From the IMG/VR virus record IMGVR_UViG_3300020463_000007, positions 64,001 to 128,000 of that record: a DNA stretch of 64,000 nucleotides; one strand, given 5' to 3'. This document shows, one piece after another, positions 50,301-59,599 of the stretch. The position numbers and the translations under genes were made by a program. Numbering within the stretch: the stretch's first letter is position 1; each line of letters begins with the position of its first letter. Source of the stretch: a virus. Under the pieces are notes generated by a model. The model was not told where the DNA came from and ran no database searches. It was given only the letters and a program-made list of their open reading frames with translations.

Positions 50301-53300
50301 ATTGGGAATTAGCTAAGGATAAAAGATTTCAAGGTACGTTTAGTAATCTTGTAAGCTATCAAACAGATGATGTTGTATACCTTGACAAAGGAATTTTCAA
50401 AGCAAATACTAATTTATCTCCAGGAATTTTCAACGGTGCAAACTGGACGCAACAAACACAACCTCTTGATTATTTAGGTTATGTGCCTAACAACACAGAG
50501 ATAGTTCCAATTTTTGATAGTGCTGATCCTAGTACAGTTTTAGATCAAGGTGGTTTATTTAATTTTGGTAGAATAGATGTATCTGATGATGGAGAAGTTT
50601 TAATAGGTCTTGCTAGATATAATGCCTTAGGCAAAAGACAAATAGTAGTATATAGAAACAAAAATGGAAATTATCAAAGACATCAAAGTATATTAGCAGA
50701 CAGTTTTCCTGCACCACTTAGTGCAATCGATCTTGATTTATGGTCAACAGGTAATACTTTATGGGGTGCTGATATTGCTATTAGCAGTGATGGTAATATG
50801 ATTGCCATAGGTGAACCTTTTGCTGAAGCACAGCGTGATGAAACAGATCCGTCACGTATAGAAATTGATCAAGGTAGAGTATTTGTTATGAAGAAAAATA
50901 CCACTACGGGATTTTTTGAATTATCGCAAACATTATATACTAGAGGAAACGAAGCAGTTGAATTATTTGGAATTAAAGTATCTTTTGACGGAAATATATT
51001 AGCAATTACTGCAAAAAATGCAGATTCTTCTGCTAAGACAACATTTGATAGTGTTACAGGCATACCTCAGACTACATGGGATAATAATTTTACTACATTC
51101 GCTAAAAAGTTTGTAGATACAGGTGTTGTACATTTATATGAAAATATAGATGATAATTTAGTATACGGACAAACACTTTCTTATGATGACTATAGAGACT
51201 CAACACAATCTGTAGCTAATATAGATGCTACAAGTAGTGTAAGAGATTTTGGTATGAATATGTTAGCAACTAACGGACACGTATATGTAGGATTACCTTT
51301 ACAAACAGTAGCCGCAGGCGAAAACGGAGCCATTATAGACTTTAGAAAAGAACCTACAAATAACATTTGGAATGAATATTCAAAACCAAAAGATACTGTT
51401 GATGTAAGTAAGATTAAAAAAGTTTTATTATACAATACAAAAGAAAATAAATTAATAAGTTATATAGACTACATTGATCCTGTACAAGGAAAAATTCCTG
51501 GAATAGCAGAACAAGAATTAAGTTATAAATTACATTATGATCCAGCTGTTTATACCACAGGTACTGCTAGTGTTAACACTAACAAGGCAGAAGTATGGGG
51601 CGAAGAACAGGTAGGAGAATTATGGTGGGATTTATCAACAGCTAAATTTTTAAATGCTTATCAAGGCAATACAATCTATAGTGTTAATAATTGGAATACA
51701 CAATTTACAGGTAATAGTATTGATGTATACGAATGGACAGAAAGTAATATATTACCATCCGAGTGGAATACTATTTCTGCGACAACTGAAGGAGTCACAG
51801 AAGGCATTACTGGAACTACAAAGTATGATGATACAGTATATTCAACAAAAAGAGTATACGATCCTATAGCACAAAATTTTAGTACAAGATATTTTTATTG
51901 GGTAAAAGGAAAGATTACAGCTCCTTCTATAGAAGGCAGAAAACTAAGTGCCTTTAATGTAGCAAGGTATATAGACGATCCTGCTGGTATGGGATATAGA
52001 TTTTTAAACTTTATAAGTCCTACAAGTTTTGTTTTACATAACTGTGAAGGTTTGTTGAAAGATAAGGAAGTTGCATTAAGTATTCAGTACTGGACTATAG
52101 AAAATCAAGATATTAATATACATAATCAATACCAACTATACACAGCGGGTCTAGATACTAGCAAACCTAATGCTGATATAGAAAGAAAATGGTTTGATAG
52201 TTTAATTGGTTATGATGACGCAGGCAGAATAGTACCTGATCCTAACTTATCTGCAAAGGAAAAATATGGAATATTAAATGATCCTAGACAATCTTGGTTT
52301 TTAAATAAAACTGAAGCCCTAAAACAAGTTATAGATAGAGCAAATATTGTTTTAAAACAAAACTTAATTGTTGATGATAAAATAATTACCCCATTGCTGT
52401 CCAAAGAAGCAGTACCTTTAGCAGCTGGTAACACATACGATCTAGCTGTAGATACATTCCAAGACTTAGAATTTGTTGGTACAGCTAAAGTAAAACAAGC
52501 GGTTTTAACTCCGGTAGTTGTTGACGGAAAAATTGTTAGGGTAACAATCACTGATCCAGGTAGAGGATATAAAGTCGTTCCAGCAGTAGAAATTAACGGA
52601 AGATACGAAACACCTGCAGATATTACAGTAACACTTAATAATGTTGGTGCGGTTACAGCAGTCACAGTCAATTCTCAAGGTAGCGGTTACGATTCAACAC
52701 TAACAACATTATCTGTAAGAAGATTTGCTGTCCTCGTAAGAAGCGATAGTACACTATCAGGTAAATGGTCAATTTATGAAAGAAATGTAAACAATACCCT
52801 TTGGTTAAGAAAAAGAAGTCAAGTATTTGATGTATCTCTTTTCTGGGAATATATTGATTGGTATGATGTAGGATATAATGAATTTACCACAATTAATCAT
52901 TTAATTGAATCAAGTTATCAATTAGAATCACTGGACGATACAACTGGGGATGTAATTAAAATTGCAAACGTTGGTACAGGCGGCTGGCTATTGTTAGAAA
53001 AAATAGATAATGCTGATTCAATAGATTATACAATAAATTACAAAACAATAGGAAGAGAAAACGGAACTATTAAATTTCTTCCAACATTGTTTAACACAGC
53101 AGTAGGATCAGGCTTTGATAGTGCAAGTTATGACATAAAGGTATACGATGTGCAGCCTGTAAAGGAAACAAGAATAATACTTCAATCATTGAGAGACAAC
53201 CTATTCATAGATGAACTAGCTGTAGAATATAATAATTTATTTTTATCAAGTCTTAAGTACGTATTTGCAGAACAAGGATTAGTTGACTGGGCGTTTAAAA

Positions 53301-56300
53301 CTAGCTTTATTAAAGCAAGGCATAATGTTGGAGATTTAAATAAAAAAATAACATTTCAAAACGATAATTTACCTAGCTATGAAGAATATCTTAAAGAAGT
53401 CAAACCTTTTAAATCTAAGTTACGAGAATATATAAGTGATTATAATCAACTAAATGTATCTGCGAACTTAGTAACTGATTTTGATTTACCTCCAAGATGG
53501 GATGATACTAGGAAACAAATTGTTCCTCCAGCAGTAAAAGTAATAGATAACGCTATAGTAGGAACAGATACAGACCTAACAACATATCCTAACAAAAATT
53601 GGGTCGATAATTTAGCTTACAAAATTAAACGTATAGAAATATCCGATCCAGGCACAGGATACACACAAGCACCTGTAATTAATTTTGTAGGGGAAGATTT
53701 GTCAACTACGGAAACAGGTACTGGCGCAACAGCTATAGCTAGATTAGGACAAGGTGGAAAAATAGCATCTGTAGAAGTTATTAATCAGGGAACAGGATAT
53801 TTAAATCCGCCGACCATTGAAGTAAATGGATCTATTGCAGAAGGTGGAAGGCAAGCTAAATTGATTGCTGTGCTCGGTGACGGACTAGTCAGAGGCATGC
53901 ACACAACAATCAAATTTGATAGGATTACTGGAAAATTTGTTGTTACAAAACTAAGTGAATCACAAACATTTGCGGGTACAGGAAGTTCATATGTATTTGA
54001 TTTAATATTTCCAATGGATTTAAGAACAAATACTGTAGAAATTACGGTAGCTGGCGAACTAGCATTACAAAGTGAATATACATATGAAAATATAAAAGAT
54101 ATTTCAAAAGGTTATGATAGGTATTTTGGTAGAATTACATTTGTTAAACCACCGGCAAACAATACTTCTATTGTAATTAATTATAAGAAACCAATTGAGT
54201 ATTTAAGTGCATCGGATAGAGTGAGTTTAGCATACAATCCAGTTGCAGGACAATTTGGTAATGATTTGTCGCAAGTAATGGACGGTATAGATTACGGTGG
54301 AGTAGAAGTTAAAAGTTTTGAGTTTGGTGGAAATACAGGTTGGGACTCTGCGCCATGGTTTACTGACTCTTGGGACACATATGATACAACATATGAAGAT
54401 GAAGTATTCAAATTAGATGGCAGTACAATTAGTATTACTCTTAGTAAACCTCTTGAAAATGGAGTAGTGTACAATCTATATAGAAACGGAATTAGATTAG
54501 ATGATCCAAATTGGGCACCGGAACCAAATTATGACTCAACACTAATAAGAAATCCTAATGCAATAATGCAAAGCATTACAGGTGATGGTGTAACTACGGT
54601 AATAGAATTACAAGAGTATGAAGTACCTACACAAGCAGACGATGTAATTATTGTAAGAAAAGTAACAAGTGACGGTAGCTTTATTAATGACCCAGAAAGT
54701 TATGATACATCAATAAGTGGCGGCTCATTAGCATATAATTCTGCAACAGGTTTAAAAGCAGAAGATATTACTATTGACGGCGATGGGTTTGTGACGCCTA
54801 CAACAAGTAAAGGACCAGAAGAAATTATTCCTGGACAAGTTTTAGATGCAGTTGATATTTCAGTCTATGAAAGACCAGTAGGCGGAAGTAGTATAGTTGT
54901 TAATAGAAATCATACTGGCGATGGATCAACTAAATCTTTTGATATAGGTAAATCTCCTTTTACTGGTAGTTCATTGTTTGTAAAAGTTGATTCAGATATA
55001 ATGGAACCAACTACTGATGATTCAACATTAGGATACACAGTAAATTATAAAAATAAAACTGTTGACTTTGAAGTAGCGCCTACAGACGGAGCAAAAATTA
55101 ATTTGACTTTAGTTGAAGTTGCAGGCTTACAAATTTTAGATATAGACAGTTTTGTAAGTGATGGTAGTTCAAACTCTTTTGAAACAAATGTTCGTTGGAC
55201 AGATAATGTGCAAGGTATTGCTACAAGTAATGGAAAGAAACTAGATGCTGTGCTTACAAAAAGCACTGGAGAATATCCAAATAATGTAGAATTAGTCTTA
55301 GCTAGTCCATTACAGGCAGGCGATGTTGTAAGATTTGCATTGTTTATAGGAGATGGAAATGAAATAGATTCATTCAGTCAAGTAGTTGTAGACGACTTTA
55401 TTGCAACTACTCCACAAGGCAACGACACACTTAATTTAAGTCAGGCACCTTTCTCATATGGTCCTGCAGGTATACACACACTTGTACAAGTAGGCGACGA
55501 TATATTACATTCGGGATACAACCAAGAATTTACAGTATCTAATGACAGGGAATATAAGTTAGATCTTTGGCAAATACCTATTGCTTTAATACAAGCTGCA
55601 CAAGTGCAAGTTTATCTAAATGGTAGACAACTTACTTACACAGTAGATTGGACTTTTACATCTGCAGAAGCATTTGATAGTGATACTCCTTTAGATCAAC
55701 AAAAAGGGAATACTGTTAAACTTGCTGACGGCACAGGAGTTGCAGGCGACAAACTGCTTGTGTATATTATCACAGAAAGTCAATATAGATTTGGTTACTT
55801 TGAACAACAAGGAGATTCATCCTCTGTGTTTGTACCAACTCCTACTATATGTTCTTTCGAAGTTGATCGTCCAATTGGTACAAGAATGAGGGTATTCCAG
55901 TTTAGTAATAGTACTGCCCAGAAATTTTCAAGAGAATCTTACACAGTTCAAGAAAATACTCCTATCACAAAAGGAAGTGCAGATTATTATTTCTTAAATA
56001 ATTTACGTGCAGGCTTATTTAAATTAAGAAATCAAGCTGTTGATTCTAAATATGTTTGGGTAATTTTAAATAATAAATTACTAAAGGCAGATGTAGACTA
56101 TAGTGTAACACATGACAAAAATTTTGTAAAATTTGTAAGTCCTCTAAATCAAGGTGATAGAGTCGAAGTTTTACATTTTGGAAATCCAACTGTAATTACT
56201 AAATTTGGATTTAGGCAATTTAAAGACATGTTGAATAGAACACATTACAAGAGAATAGATGGTGATAAAAATTATATATTAGGAAAAGATTTAAAACCAT

Positions 56301-56932
56301 ATGATAAAGTTATAGAACTTGTTGATGCAAGTGGTATTACTAATCCAACTGTTGGTTCAGAATATCCTGGCATTATTTTTGTAAATGGCGAAAGAATTGA
56401 ATATAGACAAAAAGAAGGTAATTTGTTAAAACAATTACAAAGAGGTACTTTAGGTACAGGAGTAAATGATTTACATACAAGTGGCACTGAAGTTTACGAT
56501 CAAAGTATAGATGCTTCTATGCCATACAAAGATGAAACAATAAGTACAGTATTTACAGCAGACGGTACAAGTTCTACGTTTGAGTTAGATTTTACACCAG
56601 GAGCAGGCGGAGTAAACGAGTTTGATGTATTTGTAGCAGGACAACGTTTGAGAAAGAATTCAATATCTTCTTATAAGTTTGAAACTACAATAAATGGTGT
56701 AACAACAAGCAGTATAGCCCAAGATAGTCCAGAAGGTGATCAAACACTACCAGCACAATTTTCACTTACCGGTAGTACTTTATCTTTACTTAATGCTCCA
56801 GGAGAGAATCAAAAGGTTATTATTATTAGAAAACAAGGAAAAATATGGACAGATCCAGGTAAACCACTAAGTCAAGCAGATTCTGATATAGGCAGATTCT
56901 TACGAGCTACAAGTGTTGACTTACCTCGATAA
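41372..56932 (+). CDS. Giant (5186 aa) baseplate-associated structural protein, gp7-position
   Basis: Uninterrupted 15.5-kb ORF coupled to gp6; contains CBM-like modules, FG-GAP-like propeller repeats, G.GY...P repeats and V..NG.......DY beta modules. Confidence 0.8.
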   Translation: MAYDNHQKDGNADPNAKRKSEQHLPKYFRTVPNSKFLSSTIDQLIQPGTVEKLNGYYGRETAASFNKDDNYIGDFSDSRENYQFEPATVIKDNLGSVKFYKDYNDYMNQLVSYNSKVKDHSVTNKQEYYSWNPHIDWDKFINFREYYWLPSGPQTIDVRGQTTEVVSTYTVTLADNLDNFGYVFSPDGLTQNPTIKLFRGITYKFDINTPGLPFTIRTKRSLDDTFLLTNTTSNIDNQGTEEGVITFTPTDTTPDILYYVADNDIEAAGLIKVANIEESSAIDIDAEVLGKKTYTTGAGFDLSNGMKIKFIGEVTPEKYATGEYFVEGVGDKIVLINQNELTVPSAFVNDVSVNFDQQGFDRQPFDTAIGYPTVRDYMLINRSANDGNLWSRYNRWFHKSVIEQSASLNGQPVSVDESARAKRPIIEFNKGLKLFDFGTQTKTNVNLLDTHTQDVFSTIEGSTGYNIDGVDLIDGMRILFTADPDPLVNGRIFEVKFFKFDGPEIEIDQNIKQISLIEVADSKPITNEVVLVSQGNTYKGLMYYYNGTTWKQAQTKTKVNQPPLFDLFDENNKSFSDTTVYNSSSFKGNKIFSYKEGTIGTADNEVGVILSYRTITNVGDITFKFDLLTEFFEYLIGSQLYYKNTDIGFLQKYSAIASYTNLNAWQKAPTDSKQPVIRQYVFDNSTSIFDIDVYEDSAALADLSLTVFLNNELKLKDVDYEIGTSPNNLKTVKFLSPAWTSQTGLTVGDKVVLKTTSSAQKNDNGYYDFPSNLERNPLNNNLNEFTVGEVNNHVSSIVEDLSDFSGKFPGKSNLRDLGDVTKYGNRFVKHSSPLNLAMYSMLDKESNLISSMRFARREYSKFKRSFLQVAHDLGWEGPVKEHVDRIMADLNKDKINSMPFYFSDMVPQGSFTKTTHQIDDNTEEYFLLSKTFTLDTVSRDSVQVYLNSKQLVHNRDYTFNSEGFCRVTAPKTGGDLLDIYEYETTNGSYVPPTPTKLGLYPSYEPEVYIDNTVQINAPVSPSGAYKFYGVAGANQMGAGKLGWFWPLYATQSEAVAKDIEQGGAGAAHRHTFVGLNRTFYMPNTSSNHGTTEPEQNIDEWIEGAPVIQGHDGSKTVAYKDYRDTLLLELELRIFNNLKVKYDTNLFDIHDFQGGEYRKTDFDKSAVDSPMLSDFIQWTNLVDKDYTLHDFYNRTNTFTFNYESAASPSGTLMPGFWRGVYRDAYDTDRPHTHPWEMLGFSIKPTWWETQYGPAPYTKDNLVLWTDIQNGVVREPNKKIKILNKYKRTNLLDHIPVDENGNLISPNDSGYVQSFDSARLGQSFKFGHEAPVETAWRRSSEYPFSLITAWTLSQPSKVLATGFDRANQVKNLTNQIVYKTQNNQIRLSNLIFPNTHLDTTQTYTSGLINYIAGYMASSVVLSYTEYKNNIKNITNQIGFKVGGYTDKNKFKLILDSRTPLNEGNVFVPDENYNIFLNKSSPVQTISYSGLIIEKRPNGYKIKGYDNYTTAFKYFPHFERDRDPVITVGGTSEPYSEFEGGRTYTVGSIVENAGKFYRVTTQHIAGDTFDDSNFASLTKLPVQGGREIILRREFASFAPLELPYGTILSSIQDVCDFIQGYGKYLESLGFVFDNFRKSASVVDDWETATKEFAFWTLHNWSAGTLISLSPAANQLKFRSNYSVVDNIFEGFFGYTLLKVDGRKLTNDFVQVDRQNPNEFILRPKNTADGIFAIKLPLVQKEHVVLLDNKTVFNDTIYDPEPGYRQERIKVLGYRTTNWDGSLNIEGFVYDEAYIEDWQPNKDYFIGDIVKYKEFYYNANSKVPGTQSFVDKNWTRLDYKPESGLSPNFEYKTNQFADFYDLDSDNFDSEQQRLAQHLIGYQKRKYLENIINDDVSQYKFYQGFIQDKGTKNALTKLFDVLGSADKDSLEFYEEWAIKRGQYGSATGFDEVEYKLDENKFRLSPQPIELVKSITGEETDLVYRIQPYETYLKPKNYSHSPFPKKYVAPEQGFVKDSGYVNQEDVKFIVKDFDSILNIDFSNCNQGDLIWVGNDKLTWNIYRHDTTDFIVEKVTGGDTEFTVSLTSTPANIQPGDIFGVYDLISTTLDQADSTFANASTTKAAIGSFFKVKSVSLEKITFESPDKVDDVEDCKGRLSKLVSVRTDSLTKLNELAQKLASTKSKFWVDKADGDNWTVYEATQAFQKLQDISSGESIPNETFATSITANKSNTVLAVGSPDEDDGQVYIYTRGSASANFVLSQVITAPTDTAFSFKQFYTGVTYTIGELVKANNKFYTVAETHIGGVNFDVTKFTLLEKPPKLQKFGSAISISQDGKYLVVGSPNASNVKTKYKQDYNASTSYILDDIVNYNNKLWKATTSIVPQSVSIQFTSFGSVVQQIESVGNTTQSSEQIDVILTGKYPFTGINVDHVLVKLPKLMYAGLDINDQIKLKWNSKTIANQEQTTYTSKIPFPGGGMPELSSSFFSSTHQVQMKVDLILNINAFTNQPVAGDKVQTQTGSGTVAYSYEVGGSIGLYLNNITGSFDATDSLFLASGDFVGEYTTSAPSESIDVSSYYGGYVMITVPGGYNIFATTSDQAKGLVYQEAITDSSAPSNYYYNSRDFETTTVQSEDTLASYIETLTYQGLPGAGGATTPFLSPFYVIRAPKAITDTLSNGNTFKFFVPSLARYSSGIDNNPSNIGLSYAETNKELTVYDLWDGYIKFQFTKFNLFGEPFEPRIGDTVEDVTTGATAEITFYQRDALNATIFVKNVVGNFSNGSLFGNNAEIKFLGTPTDPSPIYQVDRVMGEIQRKSLGLSAEGIGKLIVVDSGANIQVPSTSAMTDTEYWFYQENTVAGVPVAANLPSAGNNDWINVYSIPAVSGATASDFENQGMYSVFGTGSTNRYGFLQSYIVPEAKEDFYLGSEIKVTKKNDLYRLFVHAGEDYTRFRDFRNLKKDLDDSTFQPGRTYFVKHGTDELGATWDWELAKDKRFQGTFSNLVSYQTDDVVYLDKGIFKANTNLSPGIFNGANWTQQTQPLDYLGYVPNNTEIVPIFDSADPSTVLDQGGLFNFGRIDVSDDGEVLIGLARYNALGKRQIVVYRNKNGNYQRHQSILADSFPAPLSAIDLDLWSTGNTLWGADIAISSDGNMIAIGEPFAEAQRDETDPSRIEIDQGRVFVMKKNTTTGFFELSQTLYTRGNEAVELFGIKVSFDGNILAITAKNADSSAKTTFDSVTGIPQTTWDNNFTTFAKKFVDTGVVHLYENIDDNLVYGQTLSYDDYRDSTQSVANIDATSSVRDFGMNMLATNGHVYVGLPLQTVAAGENGAIIDFRKEPTNNIWNEYSKPKDTVDVSKIKKVLLYNTKENKLISYIDYIDPVQGKIPGIAEQELSYKLHYDPAVYTTGTASVNTNKAEVWGEEQVGELWWDLSTAKFLNAYQGNTIYSVNNWNTQFTGNSIDVYEWTESNILPSEWNTISATTEGVTEGITGTTKYDDTVYSTKRVYDPIAQNFSTRYFYWVKGKITAPSIEGRKLSAFNVARYIDDPAGMGYRFLNFISPTSFVLHNCEGLLKDKEVALSIQYWTIENQDINIHNQYQLYTAGLDTSKPNADIERKWFDSLIGYDDAGRIVPDPNLSAKEKYGILNDPRQSWFLNKTEALKQVIDRANIVLKQNLIVDDKIITPLLSKEAVPLAAGNTYDLAVDTFQDLEFVGTAKVKQAVLTPVVVDGKIVRVTITDPGRGYKVVPAVEINGRYETPADITVTLNNVGAVTAVTVNSQGSGYDSTLTTLSVRRFAVLVRSDSTLSGKWSIYERNVNNTLWLRKRSQVFDVSLFWEYIDWYDVGYNEFTTINHLIESSYQLESLDDTTGDVIKIANVGTGGWLLLEKIDNADSIDYTINYKTIGRENGTIKFLPTLFNTAVGSGFDSASYDIKVYDVQPVKETRIILQSLRDNLFIDELAVEYNNLFLSSLKYVFAEQGLVDWAFKTSFIKARHNVGDLNKKITFQNDNLPSYEEYLKEVKPFKSKLREYISDYNQLNVSANLVTDFDLPPRWDDTRKQIVPPAVKVIDNAIVGTDTDLTTYPNKNWVDNLAYKIKRIEISDPGTGYTQAPVINFVGEDLSTTETGTGATAIARLGQGGKIASVEVINQGTGYLNPPTIEVNGSIAEGGRQAKLIAVLGDGLVRGMHTTIKFDRITGKFVVTKLSESQTFAGTGSSYVFDLIFPMDLRTNTVEITVAGELALQSEYTYENIKDISKGYDRYFGRITFVKPPANNTSIVINYKKPIEYLSASDRVSLAYNPVAGQFGNDLSQVMDGIDYGGVEVKSFEFGGNTGWDSAPWFTDSWDTYDTTYEDEVFKLDGSTISITLSKPLENGVVYNLYRNGIRLDDPNWAPEPNYDSTLIRNPNAIMQSITGDGVTTVIELQEYEVPTQADDVIIVRKVTSDGSFINDPESYDTSISGGSLAYNSATGLKAEDITIDGDGFVTPTTSKGPEEIIPGQVLDAVDISVYERPVGGSSIVVNRNHTGDGSTKSFDIGKSPFTGSSLFVKVDSDIMEPTTDDSTLGYTVNYKNKTVDFEVAPTDGAKINLTLVEVAGLQILDIDSFVSDGSSNSFETNVRWTDNVQGIATSNGKKLDAVLTKSTGEYPNNVELVLASPLQAGDVVRFALFIGDGNEIDSFSQVVVDDFIATTPQGNDTLNLSQAPFSYGPAGIHTLVQVGDDILHSGYNQEFTVSNDREYKLDLWQIPIALIQAAQVQVYLNGRQLTYTVDWTFTSAEAFDSDTPLDQQKGNTVKLADGTGVAGDKLLVYIITESQYRFGYFEQQGDSSSVFVPTPTICSFEVDRPIGTRMRVFQFSNSTAQKFSRESYTVQENTPITKGSADYYFLNNLRAGLFKLRNQAVDSKYVWVILNNKLLKADVDYSVTHDKNFVKFVSPLNQGDRVEVLHFGNPTVITKFGFRQFKDMLNRTHYKRIDGDKNYILGKDLKPYDKVIELVDASGITNPTVGSEYPGIIFVNGERIEYRQKEGNLLKQLQRGTLGTGVNDLHTSGTEVYDQSIDASMPYKDETISTVFTADGTSSTFELDFTPGAGGVNEFDVFVAGQRLRKNSISSYKFETTINGVTTSSIAQDSPEGDQTLPAQFSLTGSTLSLLNAPGENQKVIIIRKQGKIWTDPGKPLSQADSDIGRFLRATSVDLPR

Positions 56933-56935
56933 ATA
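56929..56935 (+). promoter_or_regulatory. Late promoter (ATAAATA)
   Basis: Overlaps the stop codon of the giant ORF. Confidence 0.6.
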
Positions 56936-56954
56936 CAATGACAGGAAAAATAAT

Positions 56955-57569
56955 ATGACAGACAAATTACAGGATATGAGCGGAGTTTTAATACAAGGAC
57001 ACATAAAAATTCACGACCCAGAGTCTAATCATACGTTTGTAGATAAGCGTAATGCAATTCATTATGAAAATATGAGTTTAAGCCTAGCGGAAAGTATTGG
57101 TAACGGCGGATCAGGTTGGATATATGAAATGAGCTTTGGAAATGGCGGAACAAGTGTTGACCCAACTGGTATTATTACATATCTTACTCCTAACTCTACA
57201 GGCACTAATGCAAGTTTGTATAATCAAACGCATACAAAAGTAGTTGATGATAGAAGTGTTAACAATCTAGATCCTGTCAGAAATAAAATAGAAACTAGAC
57301 ACGTTAGTGGTACAAATTATACAGATGTATTAGTTACATGTTTACTTGATTATAGTGAGCCAAGCGGACAAGATGCATATGATACTGCAACAGACGGTTC
57401 AAGTCTATATGTGTTTGATGAACTAGGTCTAAAAGCATATTCAGCTGATGGAACAGGCAGATTACTTACACATGTAATATTTCATCCGGTGCAAAAATCA
57501 CTTAACAGATTAATTCAGATAGATTATACAGTTAGAGTACAAAGTTTAACTGGTTTTAATGAGGCGTAA
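56955..57569 (+). CDS. Baseplate/fibre-attachment protein
   Basis: Likely start ATG 56955 after AGGA rather than TTG 56913; FDELGL...HVIFHPVQKS.NR.I.I.YT motif. Confidence 0.7.
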   Translation: MTDKLQDMSGVLIQGHIKIHDPESNHTFVDKRNAIHYENMSLSLAESIGNGGSGWIYEMSFGNGGTSVDPTGIITYLTPNSTGTNASLYNQTHTKVVDDRSVNNLDPVRNKIETRHVSGTNYTDVLVTCLLDYSEPSGQDAYDTATDGSSLYVFDELGLKAYSADGTGRLLTHVIFHPVQKSLNRLIQIDYTVRVQSLTGFNEA

Positions 57570-57574
57570 AATAA

Positions 57575-59599
57575 ATGGCATATACTATATCATATACAGA
57601 CGCCGCTAACAAAGGTACAATAGTTTTAGAAGATAATACTTTAAACACTTCTACTTCTTTACAAATTCCAGGTAGAAACACTACTGCATATGGATCAGCT
57701 ATTGCAACAAATTTTTTACATTTATTAGAAAATTTTGCGTTCAATACTGCACCAACTAATGGTGTAGAAGGCCAGTTATGGTATGATAACACAGCAGGGT
57801 CTGAGACTTTAAAAGTTTATGATGGAACCAACTGGGTATCAGCAGCCGGAATTAAAAAAGCAGTTTCTTCACCAGACGTTTCTGCATCACAGTTAGGTGA
57901 CTTATGGGTTGATACAGATAACCAACAGTTGTATCTGTTTTCAGGATCTGGTTGGGTTTTAATTGGGCCTGAATTTAGTGATGGGTTATCTACAGGTGTT
58001 ACACCTGCAACAATAGTAGGCACAGATAATGTGTCATATACTGTTATTCAATTAGATGTCTTATCTAAGCCTGCTGCAATTATCTCAACTAGTGCGTTTA
58101 CTCCAAAAACAGCTATATTAGGGTTTACTACAATTCAACCTGGTGTAAATTTGAGTTCAGTAGACATCACTGGTGCAGGAAATTTAAAATATATAGGAAC
58201 AAGTGAAAAAGCTGAAAGTTTAGTAGTATCAGGATCTCCTGTAGCTGCCGCAAACTTTTTAAGAGCTGATGTAATAAGCACAACAAATTATCCTATCAAT
58301 ATTCAAAATAATACAGGAATAAATTATGGTTTGAATGCAGAATTAAATATCGGCATTGAAGGTAGTGCAGGAGTTATACAGCATCAGATCGAAGGTTCAA
58401 ACATAGACATAAGAGTTAAAAATAATGGAATATTAACAACAGTATTGAGAGTAGATTCTAATTTAAGAGTAGGTATTAATAATACAGCACCAGACGAAGC
58501 ATTAGATATTACAGGCAATTTAAAAGCTAGTGGCACAGCCGCTATAGATTCAACTACACAAAGTGAAACAATAGGAACAGGAGCTATTGTAACTAAAGGT
58601 GGTGCGGGTATTGCAAAAAATATATATGCTGGCGGAACTTTAAATGTTGCAGGTACCAGCACACTAAAAGATATTATGCCAGTTGCTCATAATTCATATA
58701 ACCTAGGTACAGATGCTATCAAATGGAAAAACATACATTCAGTTAGTTTTACAGGTAACTTGGTTGGTAACGTAAGTGGTACTGTATCAGGTAGAGCAGG
58801 TTCTGCTGATAAATTAACTTCAGCTACAACCTTCCAATTAGCAGGTGATGTTACTGCCGCAGCTTTTACTTTTGATGGTCAATCAGGAGGCACTACTAAA
58901 ACTTTTAATGCAACAATAAGTAACACAATTATTGGTGGTAAAAGTGCAACAGTTAGTTCACAAGCAGATGATGAGTTTTTATTAAACAGGGTCACTGGCG
59001 CAACAGGATTAGCAAAAATTACAAGAGCAAATTTATTTTCTTCAGTGGCAACAAACCCTGCAGGCGTAATGATGGCTTATGGCGGTAACACATCGCCACA
59101 AGATTGGTTAATGTGTGATGGAACTGAATATAGAATTTCAGATTACACATTATTGTTTGCGGCAATAGGATATAATTTTGGTGCAGAAGCATCAGTAACA
59201 ACAGGATTTTTTAAAGTTCCGGATTTAAGAGGTAGAACTACTGTTGGTAAAGATAACATGGGTGGTACTAGTGCGAATGTAATTACTGACGAATCAGCAG
59301 ATATTATGGGTTCACAAGACGGACAAGAAAATATAGACATACAAATTACTAACTTACCAGATCACAAACACGATTTACGTGGCGATGCATTAACACAGTT
59401 TTATGCAATCAACGATTTAGCGGCTCCAACCACAGATACAGGAGCATTTAGAGGAGATGGTCCTACAGCAACAAACGGTGGACAGTATTTGCCAAACAGT
59501 GGTGGAATTGAATCTGATTCAGCAGTTGGACAGCCTTTAAATTTAATGAATCCGCATTTAATTATAAATTATATAATTTATACTGGTAGGAGTACGTAA
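57575..59599 (+). CDS. Tail fibre with phage tail-collar domain
   Basis: PAGVMMAYGG.....WLMCDG......Y..LF.AIG..FG.......F.VPDLRGR; LP.H.H; NP....NYII. Confidence 0.85.
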   Translation: MAYTISYTDAANKGTIVLEDNTLNTSTSLQIPGRNTTAYGSAIATNFLHLLENFAFNTAPTNGVEGQLWYDNTAGSETLKVYDGTNWVSAAGIKKAVSSPDVSASQLGDLWVDTDNQQLYLFSGSGWVLIGPEFSDGLSTGVTPATIVGTDNVSYTVIQLDVLSKPAAIISTSAFTPKTAILGFTTIQPGVNLSSVDITGAGNLKYIGTSEKAESLVVSGSPVAAANFLRADVISTTNYPINIQNNTGINYGLNAELNIGIEGSAGVIQHQIEGSNIDIRVKNNGILTTVLRVDSNLRVGINNTAPDEALDITGNLKASGTAAIDSTTQSETIGTGAIVTKGGAGIAKNIYAGGTLNVAGTSTLKDIMPVAHNSYNLGTDAIKWKNIHSVSFTGNLVGNVSGTVSGRAGSADKLTSATTFQLAGDVTAAAFTFDGQSGGTTKTFNATISNTIIGGKSATVSSQADDEFLLNRVTGATGLAKITRANLFSSVATNPAGVMMAYGGNTSPQDWLMCDGTEYRISDYTLLFAAIGYNFGAEASVTTGFFKVPDLRGRTTVGKDNMGGTSANVITDESADIMGSQDGQENIDIQITNLPDHKHDLRGDALTQFYAINDLAAPTTDTGAFRGDGPTATNGGQYLPNSGGIESDSAVGQPLNLMNPHLIINYIIYTGRST

